A stretch of DNA of 64,000 bases from an uncultured SAR86 cluster bacterium (GTDB taxonomy: Bacteria > Pseudomonadota > Gammaproteobacteria > Magnimaribacterales > D2472): the NCBI GenBank assembly GCA_964275345.1, contig CAXYBK010000003.1:25058-89057 (forward strand), written 5' to 3'. Position 1 is the first letter of the stretch; the number at the start of each line of letters is the position of its first letter. Of this stretch, positions 1 to 11,554 are shown piece by piece. The notes below the pieces were generated by a model. The model worked only from the letters and a program-made list of their open reading frames with translations. It did no database searches and was not told the DNA's origin. Both the position numbers and the translations under genes were made by a program.

Positions 1-394
1 TTACGGTTCTTTTACCAAATTGATTCTTTAACTCAAACTCTGTTCGTTGAGCTAGTAAGCTGTTTAAGCTGTTAAAGCTACCATTATTTGCCTGATAAAA
101 TTTTAGAACATCTGTAATTTTATATTTTACAAAAGAGTCTACTAATAGATATTTACTCTCAACAGTAAGAATTCTATCTGGCTCTTCATCTAAAGTTTGA
201 AGTCTAGAATCAAACTTTTTAACGTTCTGGATTATCGGAAATTTAAAGTTTAGACCTTTAGGGACGTCGGGCCTAATAGCTTCACCAAACTGAAAGACAA
301 TGGCATGCTCTTTATCATTAACAACAAAAACACTATTAATGGTAATTCCTAGAATTAAAGCTGCTAGTACGGTTATGGTTGTAGATCTATTCAT
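1..394 (-). CDS. hflC: HflC, FtsH protease modulator (SPFH/band 7); N-terminal 131 codons only, gene runs off the left edge
   Basis: My own minus-strand translation from the ATG at 394-392 gives MNRSTTITVLAALILGITINSVFVVNDKEHAIVFQFGEA...GLNFKFPIIQNVKKFDSRLQTLD, collinear with the HflC N-terminus. The ATG overlaps the hflK stop (TAATG). This ORF is not in the supplied track because it is truncated. Confidence 0.8.
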   Translation of the reverse strand, partial: MNRSTTITVLAALILGITINSVFVVNDKEHAIVFQFGEAIRPDVPKGLNFKFPIIQNVKKFDSRLQTLDEEPDRILTVESKYLLVDSFVKYKITDVLKFYQANNGSFNSLNSLLAQRTEFELKNQFGKRTV

Positions 395-1434
395 TAGTCT
401 TCCTCACTCTTTTTATTTTGTTCCATAATTTTATCTAAAGGTAAATATAGAAGATTATTTCCACCTTCCACATCAACCATAACTTTTGTTGAATTTGAAA
501 GTACTGACTGCATCGCATCTATATATAAACGATCCCTAGTAACTTTTGGAGCTTTTTTATATTCTTCAAGAAGTTTATCAAATCTTGCAACTTCACCCTC
601 TGCATTTGATACTACTTCTTTCCTGTAACCCTCTGCATCTTGAATTCTAGCTTGAGCTTGACCCCTTGCCTCAGGAACAATTGTTAAAGCATATCTTTCA
701 GCTTCATTCTGGAGCCTTTCTTTGTCCTCTCTAGCTGCAACAACATCATCAAATGCATCTTTAACCGCTGCTGGGGGATCTGTTTTTTCAATATTAATTT
801 GCTGAACTATTAATCCTGTTTGGTAGATATCGAGATAACTTTGTAATCTTTCTCCAACTCGTATTGCTATATTCTCTCTTCCAACTGTAAGAGTTTGATC
901 AAGTGTATTATCACCAACTACGTGTCTTAAAGCGCTTTCTGTGGCCTGTCTTAAACTAGCTTCTGGATCCTTAACATTTAAAACAAAATCTTTAAGGTTT
1001 GCTATTCTGTATTGCGCTGAAACTGTTACATCCACAATATTTTCATCTTTAGTAAGCATATTTGCAGACTGAGAATATCTTCTAGTAAGAGTTACATTTT
1101 CAATATATCTTTCATCAACCCCAGCAAGCATAAAGTTAAGACCTTCTTCTGAAGTCTTATGATATTCACCAAATCTTAGAACCACTGATTGCTCTGAAGA
1201 ATCTAGCTGATAAACACAGAGAGATCCGTATATTACTGCAGCTGCAAAAAAACCATAACCAAAGATTTTTTTTGTAGGCATCTTAAAATCTCCACCAGAT
1301 GAGGAGCCATTTGAATTTTTATTGCCTCCTCCAAGTATTGCAGAAAACTTTTTAATTAATTCATCGAAATCCGGGCCGTCATTATTATTGTTATTGCCCC
1401 ATGGATCTTTATTGTTTTGATTATCCCAATTCAC
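394..1434 (-). CDS. hflK: HflK, FtsH protease modulator (SPFH/band 7)
   Basis: 346-aa ORF with an N/G/S-rich low-complexity N-terminus, one TM segment, an SPFH core and a charged coiled C-terminus. It lies directly upstream of hflC. Confidence 0.85.
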   Translation of the reverse strand: MNWDNQNNKDPWGNNNNNDGPDFDELIKKFSAILGGGNKNSNGSSSGGDFKMPTKKIFGYGFFAAAVIYGSLCVYQLDSSEQSVVLRFGEYHKTSEEGLNFMLAGVDERYIENVTLTRRYSQSANMLTKDENIVDVTVSAQYRIANLKDFVLNVKDPEASLRQATESALRHVVGDNTLDQTLTVGRENIAIRVGERLQSYLDIYQTGLIVQQINIEKTDPPAAVKDAFDDVVAAREDKERLQNEAERYALTIVPEARGQAQARIQDAEGYRKEVVSNAEGEVARFDKLLEEYKKAPKVTRDRLYIDAMQSVLSNSTKVMVDVEGGNNLLYLPLDKIMEQNKKSEED

Positions 1435-1494
1435 TTTTAAATTCCTGTTTGTTTTTTATTATTATAAAGTCTATTTGGGTATTAAATTTAATAA

Positions 1495-4066
<2,572 letters not shown>

Positions 4067-4098
4067 AAATTAATACATGTAATAATACATGGAAGAAA

Positions 4099-4978
4099 TT
4101 GGCTATGAAGAAAAAAATATTAATAATAATAATTAATCTATGGAAGATGCTTGTCGGTCTTCCCAGATTTTTGCATAAACCTCTTGGTTATTTAATTGGT
4201 ATGATCTTTTACATATTTCCTATAAAACGAAACTTATACAGTAAAAAAAATATTAATCTTTGCTTTAAAGATCTAAATTCTAATCAAAGAAAAAAGATTC
4301 ATAAGAAAAAATATACTTAATACTGGAATGGTTATTATTACGACTGGTATAGCCTGGTTCTGGTCTAATGAAAGGATTAATAGATCTATAAAATATACTA
4401 TTAAAGGCTTGGATAGTTTGGTTAGAGAACAAGAAGAAGGTAATGGTGTATTGCTTATATTTAAACACTCTTTGCATCTAGAGTTAGACTCAAGAATCCT
4501 AGGAATGAACATACCTGTGTATGGAGTAGAAAGAGTTCATAACTCTGATTATTTTGATTCAGTCCAGTCTAGAGGAAGATTGAAAGGTTTACAGGGTTCT
4601 GCTGATAAAAATCAGCCCATTAAATTTATTCGGTGGTTAAAAACAGGTAAAACTGTACTTTATGCAATTGATCAGGATTACGGAATTAAATCATCAGAAA
4701 TAATAAAATTCTTTGGAAATGATGCTGCCACCATAACAGCCCCGCATAAAATAGTTGAAAGTTCAAAATGTAAAACATATTTTTTAAATAGTTATATAGA
4801 AGATAACACTTTGATTCTTTCGCTAGAGAGTTTTGTTGGTGACAAGAGTTCGCCAATAAATTTTTCACAATCAATAAATGATTTTATAGAGAGTAAAGTA
4901 AAACTTCATCCTGATGAATATTTATGGCAACATCGCAGATTCAAGTCAACTCTTGGAAAGGATAATTTTTATAAATGA
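4099..4978 (+). pseudogene. lpxL: lipid A late acyltransferase (LpxL/HtrB/MsbB family), reading frame broken once
   Basis: ORF 4099..4320 (..NINLCFKDL..) and ORF 4328..4978 (GIAWFWSNE...DQDYG...DEYLWQHRRFKS) are collinear with LpxL. The second frame is open from 4277. Removing one A from the A6 run at 4306-4311 restores ..KKIHKKNILNTGMVIITTGIAWFW. Confidence 0.7.
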
Positions 4979-5586
4979 TTAATTTAAATGGAATTGAAAA
5001 TATAAAAGGTTTTATGCCTGATCATGAAGGCAAAGCTCTCATGGCTTGGGCTAAAATATTTTCAAAGATAGGCCCATTACTTGAAATTGGAAGTTTTTGT
5101 GGGAAGTCTTCAATATATTTGGGGCTGGCTGCTAAAGAGGAAGATCAAGTAGTTTTTACTATTGATCATCATAAGGGGTCAGAAGAACACCAGCTTAATG
5201 AAGAATATTTTGATTATGAGATTTATGACGAGAATTTAAAAACAGTAAATACATTTCCACTTTTTTTAAAAAATATAAGAATTTTTGATCTAGAAGACTC
5301 AGTAATACCTATTGTAAGCTCATCAGCTAGCGTTGCTAAGGGTTGGAATAAGAATCTTGGGATGGTATTTATAGATGGGAGCCATTCATTAGAGTCTGCT
5401 TCTCTTGATTATGAAAGCTGGGAATCTCATATTAAAAATGGAGGTGCTCTTGTGATCCATGATATTTTTGAAGATCCTAATCTTGGTGGTCAAGCGCCAT
5501 ATGAGATATATAAAAGAGCACTAAATGATGGCTATAAATTATATGAACGAGTAGATACGATAGTGTGCTTAACTAAAGATTTTTAG
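4975..5586 (+). CDS. class I SAM-dependent methyltransferase (Methyltransf_24 / CmcI-like)
   Basis: 203 aa with LEIGSFCGKSSIYL (SAM-binding glycine motif) and VFIDGSHS...LVIHD. The ATG overlaps the lpxL stop (ATGA). Confidence 0.65.
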   Translation: MINLNGIENIKGFMPDHEGKALMAWAKIFSKIGPLLEIGSFCGKSSIYLGLAAKEEDQVVFTIDHHKGSEEHQLNEEYFDYEIYDENLKTVNTFPLFLKNIRIFDLEDSVIPIVSSSASVAKGWNKNLGMVFIDGSHSLESASLDYESWESHIKNGGALVIHDIFEDPNLGGQAPYEIYKRALNDGYKLYERVDTIVCLTKDF

Positions 5587-6631
5587 TTTGCATATCGATA
5601 AATAGGTTACTTCCATCTGTAAATTTATAAAGAGAGTCAGCAGCTAATATTACAGCAGCTGCAGTCCATGATGGCTTCTCATCTGGCCAAAAAATATTTT
5701 CAACATACTGCCATCCCATGTATGGAATATTATCCTCATCAGAAATATTTAAGGATTCTAAAAATATGTTTTTTGCCAAATTTATTTCATCTGCTTTTAC
5801 TGCAGCAATCACAAACTCATTAGTCTCAGCAACCGTTACCCAAGGCTCTTCTTTTACACATTTAATTCCTAAGCCTTCAATATAAAAATTAGCAAGTGTA
5901 TTTACTATAATGTCTTTACTCTCATCTCTATTAAAAGCACCTGAAATTATTGGATAATACCAGTCCATGGAAAACCTTTTTCTGTCTATTTTTATATCAA
6001 ATAAGCCTTCAGGATTTCTTATAGCTTTTTTTAATTTAAGATAAGAGCTCTGCCAGTTCTTTAGCTTTAATTCATCTGCGTCTTGGGTAATATTAAATAA
6101 GGCAATTGCGCATTCCAAACTTTTTAAAATTGAGGATGAGCCAGTTACTAGGAAATCATCTCCTGATAAGCCTTCCTCATTAAGGCACCATGGAATTGTT
6201 CCTTTATCATTCTGAAGATCAATAGAAAAATTAATACCTTTGCTAGCATAAGGCCACATAGATTTAACATATTTTAGGTCTTTGGTAATTAAATAGTAAT
6301 GAAGTAATCCGGTACTCATATAGCAAGAAAAATGAGTTTGTTTGTTTGTTTGAATAGCCTTATCATCAACAAATTCACTGTGCCAACTTCCATCTTTATT
6401 TTGATTATTAACTAGCCAATCGAATCCTAGCCTTGCTGCCTCTAAATGTCCCAAAGTTGCTAGGCCCATTATTGATTCGATATGGTCCCATGGATCAAGT
6501 TTTCCTCCTTTAAGAGATGGAATTGCACCTGAAGGAGACTGGCAGGATTTTATATAATCTGCTGATGATTTATAAAAATCTAGATGAGTATGATCAAGAC
6601 CCTCAAATGTCTTCTTTATTGGCATATGCAT
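5573..6631 (-). CDS. alpha/alpha-toroid protein with prenyltransferase/squalene-cyclase-type QW-like repeats; function unknown
   Basis: 352 aa with repeated motifs WLVNNQNKDGSW and IDLQNDKGTIPW. Its start overlaps the stop of the upstream methyltransferase by 1 nt. Confidence 0.5.
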   Translation of the reverse strand: MHMPIKKTFEGLDHTHLDFYKSSADYIKSCQSPSGAIPSLKGGKLDPWDHIESIMGLATLGHLEAARLGFDWLVNNQNKDGSWHSEFVDDKAIQTNKQTHFSCYMSTGLLHYYLITKDLKYVKSMWPYASKGINFSIDLQNDKGTIPWCLNEEGLSGDDFLVTGSSSILKSLECAIALFNITQDADELKLKNWQSSYLKLKKAIRNPEGLFDIKIDRKRFSMDWYYPIISGAFNRDESKDIIVNTLANFYIEGLGIKCVKEEPWVTVAETNEFVIAAVKADEINLAKNIFLESLNISDEDNIPYMGWQYVENIFWPDEKPSWTAAAVILAADSLYKFTDGSNLFIDMQTKNL

Positions 6632-7335
6632 TATTTTTTTTGATAATACATAGCAATACTTTTTCCAAGTATTGGATTAAGAATCTTATCAAGAATCTCT
6701 AGATATAATGGTTTTTCAAGGATTTGTTTTTCAAGAACCTTTTTATAAGCTCTAACTAATATATTTGTTTCTTGTGTTTTCCAAAACATACATCTTAACC
6801 ACCAATATGGAGCATGCAACGAATGAAATTTTTCAGAAGAAATATAATTAAAACCATGGCGTGAAATTGTATTAATTGCGTCTTTCTTCTTAAAAATTCT
6901 TACATGACCACCTGGCATATTGTGATAATCTTCTGATAGCATCCAACATACTCTTTCTGGCCAATATGCAGGAAAACTCGGTAAGAAATACCCACCTGGT
7001 TTTAAAATTCTTTCAATTTCATCTAAAGCATCTTCATAGTTAATCAAATGTTCAAGAACTTCAGAACAAACCACCATGTCAAATGAAGAATCAGCAAAAG
7101 GCATTTGGTAGCCAGAAGCCATGGTAAATCCTGCTCCTTCATTTGATATAGATTCAAAGTATTCTGCGCCCTCTTGAGCAATTCTTAGAGATTCAGTATG
7201 AAGATCTAGTCCTACACAATAAGCATTAGGATATTTATCCATTATCCCAAATATATGACGCCCTTCGCCACAACCTAGATCTAAGACCTTTGCGCCATCT
7301 GGAATATTAATTTTGTTAAAATCAAAAGTTAGCAT
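6631..7335 (-). CDS. class I SAM-dependent methyltransferase (Methyltransf_11-like)
   Basis: 234 aa with VLDLGCGEGRH motif I and FDMVVCSEVLEHL. Confidence 0.75.
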   Translation of the reverse strand: MLTFDFNKINIPDGAKVLDLGCGEGRHIFGIMDKYPNAYCVGLDLHTESLRIAQEGAEYFESISNEGAGFTMASGYQMPFADSSFDMVVCSEVLEHLINYEDALDEIERILKPGGYFLPSFPAYWPERVCWMLSEDYHNMPGGHVRIFKKKDAINTISRHGFNYISSEKFHSLHAPYWWLRCMFWKTQETNILVRAYKKVLEKQILEKPLYLEILDKILNPILGKSIAMYYQKK

Positions 7336-8590
7336 TATTGCCTTTAATAATTGGTTTATGGTTTTTTATCACTTTATTCATCAATGCTTCATATTGCATA
7401 CCAATAGTCTGCCAATTGAATTTGTTTTGTATATGTATTCTTCCTTTGGCTGCTATCTCATTATACAGATCGGGCTCAAGAAATATTTTTCTGACTGAAT
7501 CACTTATAGCATCTGAATTTTTTGGTGGAATTAGTGTTGCAAAATTATCTGTGATCTCTGGAATTGATGCTATATCTGTTGCCACCAATGGTATAGAGCA
7601 TGACATGGCTTCAGCTACAGGATAACCAAATCCTTCGTACAGAGAGCTAACAATAGCAACTGAGCTTTTAGCATATTCTTGAGCAATTTGATCTTTTGTA
7701 ATTCCTGTCTTAAATGTAACTCTTTTATTAAGATTTAATTTTTTGATTAATCTTTCTGTATGACCGCCCTCTTTTGGCGCTCCTATGACTAATAACTCAA
7801 TATCTTGAAATTCATTAGATAACTCAGATAAAGCGTACAAGGAAAAATCTAAACCTTTTAAGGGGACATCTGCACTAGCCGTTGTAATTAGTCTATGTGG
7901 TGAATTTTTTATGTTGGGATAAGGTCTAAAAATACTAGAATCTACTGCGTTATGAATAACAGAAATATTTTCAGGCTTAACCTTAAAGTCTTTGATAATA
8001 TCTTTTTTTGAATTATGAGATGGAGTTAGTATATTTTTTAATAGTGGTGCTACTTTTTTTTGCATCCTTAAAAAGGAATACCATCTATGCCTTGAAAATC
8101 TATAAATTAGGTTTTTGTTTGTTGCTAATTCATGTTTTAAATCCATAGTAATCGGATGATGAATTACCTCAATAAGTGGTGTCAAAATTTGAATATATTC
8201 CATGCCATAGCTTACTGATTGATTGTCGATAACTAGATCATATTGATTTTTTAAAATATGTTTTTTAGCTCTAATGCCAAATGTTCTCATTTCTGGAAAT
8301 CCGCCAAAAAGAACAGATAAGAACTCATAGAAATCAGCAGTAGTTTTATCTTTGTATTTTATAAATTTAAAAAATCTATCTTTAAAGTTAAAAGTTTCAA
8401 ATAAATTTAAACCTGGGGATTTTATTAATTTTAATTTTTTATCTAACTCTGGATATGGCTGTCCAGAAAAGACTGTAACATCATGACCTAAATCCATTAG
8501 TGTCTTGGATAAATCCTTTACATAAATACCTTGTCCGCCACCGAATGGAGCACTTCTGTAACTTAAGATAAGTATCTTTAAAGAATCCAA
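7322..8590 (-). CDS. glycosyltransferase family 4 (GT-B fold)
   Basis: 422 aa with the C-terminal EGFGYPVAEAMSCSIPLVATD motif typical of GT4/Glycos_transf_1. Confidence 0.8.
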   Translation of the reverse strand: MDSLKILILSYRSAPFGGGQGIYVKDLSKTLMDLGHDVTVFSGQPYPELDKKLKLIKSPGLNLFETFNFKDRFFKFIKYKDKTTADFYEFLSVLFGGFPEMRTFGIRAKKHILKNQYDLVIDNQSVSYGMEYIQILTPLIEVIHHPITMDLKHELATNKNLIYRFSRHRWYSFLRMQKKVAPLLKNILTPSHNSKKDIIKDFKVKPENISVIHNAVDSSIFRPYPNIKNSPHRLITTASADVPLKGLDFSLYALSELSNEFQDIELLVIGAPKEGGHTERLIKKLNLNKRVTFKTGITKDQIAQEYAKSSVAIVSSLYEGFGYPVAEAMSCSIPLVATDIASIPEITDNFATLIPPKNSDAISDSVRKIFLEPDLYNEIAAKGRIHIQNKFNWQTIGMQYEALMNKVIKNHKPIIKGNNANF

Positions 8591-8594
8591 TTCT

Positions 8595-9518
8595 CTAGGA
8601 GTTAGTATAGGTTAGCCAAGATTTATACTGCTCGCTTTGACCAGTAACGATAAGGCTATAAGTTTCTTGAAGTTTTTTGGTAATTGGTCCTCTTAAACCT
8701 GCTCCAATTAATTTTGAATCAATTTTTGTGACCGGAGTTATTTCAACTGCGGTTCCAGTAAAAAAGACTTCATCTGCATTACTTAAATCTTCATAAGTAA
8801 GATTTTTTTCAGTAACATTTATTCCAAAATCTTCTGCTATTGTTATTACAGACTGTCTAGTTATTCCATTTAAGCAATGCTTAATCTTAGGTGTATATAT
8901 TTCATCATTTTTTATGATAAAAATATTTTCACCGCTCCCTTCTGAGATAAAACCATCCTCGTCCATTAAAAGAGCCTCATCTGCTCCTTTTTTTACCGCA
9001 TCCTGAAGCGCCATTATAGAATTTATATAGCTACCCATTATTTTATTACCAGAATATAGAGGATTAGAATATTGTAAAAATGGAGATTTAATTATAGAAA
9101 TACCCGCTTCTTTTGCTTCAGGGCTCATATATGAAGGCCACTCCCATGCTGCAACAGCAATATTTACAGATAAGTCTGTAGCTCTTAAGCCCATTGATTC
9201 GCTTCCAAGATAAATCATCGGCCTTATATAGCCCTCATCTAAAACATTTTTAGAAAACATAGATTTCTGAACTTCAATAATATCTTCCTTAGAGCAAGGA
9301 ACTTCAATATTCACTTTATCTGCAGCAGAGAATAATCTATCTGTATGATCATCTAATCTAAATATTGCTGGTCCTCTGGGTGTGCTATATGCTCTAACTC
9401 CTTCAAATACTCCTAATCCATAATGAAAAGTATGAGTAAGAATATGAATACTTGAATCATTCCATGCATGAAAAGATCCATTTTTCCATATAAATTTAGT
9501 TTCAGTATTTACAAACAT
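8595..9518 (-). CDS. ilvE: branched-chain amino acid aminotransferase
   Basis: 307 aa, collinear with IlvE (HYGLGVFEGVRAY, EGSGENIF, TPVT..). Confidence 0.85.
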   Translation of the reverse strand: MFVNTETKFIWKNGSFHAWNDSSIHILTHTFHYGLGVFEGVRAYSTPRGPAIFRLDDHTDRLFSAADKVNIEVPCSKEDIIEVQKSMFSKNVLDEGYIRPMIYLGSESMGLRATDLSVNIAVAAWEWPSYMSPEAKEAGISIIKSPFLQYSNPLYSGNKIMGSYINSIMALQDAVKKGADEALLMDEDGFISEGSGENIFIIKNDEIYTPKIKHCLNGITRQSVITIAEDFGINVTEKNLTYEDLSNADEVFFTGTAVEITPVTKIDSKLIGAGLRGPITKKLQETYSLIVTGQSEQYKSWLTYTNS

Positions 9519-9581
9519 TTCTTGCGAGTTAAATTAGGTAAAGTATTATGACAAACAAGAGTTAAATACTAAAGGAAGAAT

Positions 9582-10959
9582 ATGAAACTTATTGAATCTA
9601 TATTTCGAGAATATGATATTAGAGGTACTTATCCAGAAGAAATAAATGAAGAAATTATATCAATAATTGGTCAAGCAATAGCATTAAAGTGCAAAGAGGA
9701 AGGTGTTACCGAAATTTCAGTTGGAAGAGATGGAAGACTTTCTGGAGAGGTGCTACTAGATTCTATGTGTAATTCAATTGCAAAGTCAGGCATTTCAGTT
9801 GCTAATATTGGATTGGTTACAAGCCCTATTTTGTATTATGCAGCCAAAAAAAATGCTTCTAAGAGTGGCATCATGATTACTGGAAGTCACAATCCTAAAG
9901 ATGATAATGGTATTAAAATGGTGATTAATGATAAACCTGTTTCAGGCACTGAAATACTTTCATTGACTAAATATATTCCAGAGTTTGATGAAACAAAAAA
10001 AGGAATAATCAAAACAGAAATTATTGAAGATTATATAAATGATGTTCTGCAAAAAATAAGTCTAAATCACCCCGAGAATTTAAAAGTTGTGGTTGATTGT
10101 GGAAATGGAGCAGCTGGATGTGTTGCTCCTGAATTATTTAAAAGATTAGGATGTAATGTAATTAATCTTTTTTCTGAGATTGATGGAAATTTTCCAAATC
10201 ACCACCCTGATCCTGGAAAACTTGAAAATCTACAAGATCTAATAGAAGCAGTAAAGAAAGAAAAGGCAGATCTTGGTCTTGGCATTTGATGGAGATGGTG
10301 ATAGAGTTGGATTAGTTACTGAAAAAGGTAATGTAGTTTTTCCAGATAAAATTATGATGCTTTTAGCAAAAGATGTATTGGCTAAAAATCGTGGCGGTCA
10401 GATTATCTTTGACGTGAAATGTTCAAATTCATCTTGCAGAAATCATCATAGGCAAATGGTGGAAAACCTATTATGTCTCCAACTGGGCATTTTCATATAA
10501 AGAATAAACTTAAGAGAGACTAATGCCTTACTTGCTGGTGAAATGAGTGGTCATATCTTTTTTAATGATAATTGGTATGGGTTTGATGATGGTCATTATG
10601 CTGGCGTTAGATTAATAGATCTTATTAATAGATCAGATTCTTCGATAGATGATATGGTTTCTAAATTACCAAAATCATTTTCTACGCCTGAACTTAATAT
10701 TTATGCAAGTGATGATGTTAAGTTTGATGTTGTTAAAAAGTTTGCCGAAGAATGTTCTTTAGATGGAAACAAAATAACAATTGATGGTTTGCGGATTGAA
10801 TTTAGTAACGGATGGGGTTTGTTAAGAGCATCGAATACAACACCTAAACTAGTATTAAGATTTGAAGGAAATAGTGAGGACGATCTAAAAACAATACAGG
10901 AAAACTTTATAAATGAATTTAAAAGAATATGTCCTGAAATTGATCCAACTATGCATTAG
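9582..10959 (+). pseudogene. algC: phosphomannomutase/phosphoglucomutase (alpha-D-phosphohexomutase), frame broken four times
   Basis: ORFs 9582..10289, 10273..10500 and 10543..10959 plus short stretches in the other frames reconstruct a collinear PMM/PGM. Recognisable parts are REYDIRG, the active-site ITGSHNP, the Mg loop (L)AFDGDGDRVGLV, ..FDVKCSNSLAEIIIGNGGKPIMSPTGHFHIKNKLKETNALLAGEMSGHIFF and RASNTTP. Four +1 shifts are needed, near 10281, 10430, 10456 and 10515. Confidence 0.75.
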
Positions 10960-10984
10960 AATGAATAAAAACTATTATTAAAAA

Positions 10985-11554
10985 TTGAAAGGCGATAGAA
11001 AACAAATAATACTTCAATCACTAGCTGGACTTCTAGAAGAAAGAAATTTATCAAAAGTTACTACAGCTGTTTTAGCAGAAAAATCAGGAATAACTGAAGC
11101 TGCGCTTTATAGACATTTTCCTAGTAAAAGATCGATATTTTCTGAACTTTTTGGATTTTGTGATGATGCTATTTTTTCTAAATGTGCTGAGATTAAAAAA
11201 TCAGATTTAAATTCTGAAGAGAAGATAAAAAATATTTTCTTATTTTTTATTATATTTCTTGAAAAAAATAAAGGTTTTGCAAGAATTTTATCAAGGGAAG
11301 CGCTTAGTTCTGATGAGCAAAACGTAACTGATGCGGTGAATCAATTTTTTGAAAGATTGGAATTAAATATTAAACAAATACTTGCTGCAGATGCTAATAA
11401 GCTTATTGCTCAACCTGGAATATCTGCTCAACTAATAGTTACTTTGTTAGAGGGAACTGTCTCTAGATATATTCGATCTAAATTTAAAGAGGCTCCTTCA
11501 AGTTATTCTGAAAATATATGGACCTTAGCAGTCTTAGCCACTTTTAAAGATTAA
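10985..11554 (+). CDS. slmA: TetR-family nucleoid occlusion factor SlmA-like
   Basis: 189 aa with a TTG start. ILQSLAGLLEE...TTAVLAEKSGITEAALYRHFPSK closely parallels E. coli SlmA (EAALYRHFPSK). Confidence 0.7.
   Translation: MKGDRKQIILQSLAGLLEERNLSKVTTAVLAEKSGITEAALYRHFPSKRSIFSELFGFCDDAIFSKCAEIKKSDLNSEEKIKNIFLFFIIFLEKNKGFARILSREALSSDEQNVTDAVNQFFERLELNIKQILAADANKLIAQPGISAQLIVTLLEGTVSRYIRSKFKEAPSSYSENIWTLAVLATFKD

Noticed and set aside
4273-4512. Two overlapping minus-strand ORFs (79 and 65 aa) across the lpxL frameshift region.
   Set aside because: They are antisense to recognisable LpxL coding sequence and are low-complexity. They are better explained as by-products of AT-rich sequence.
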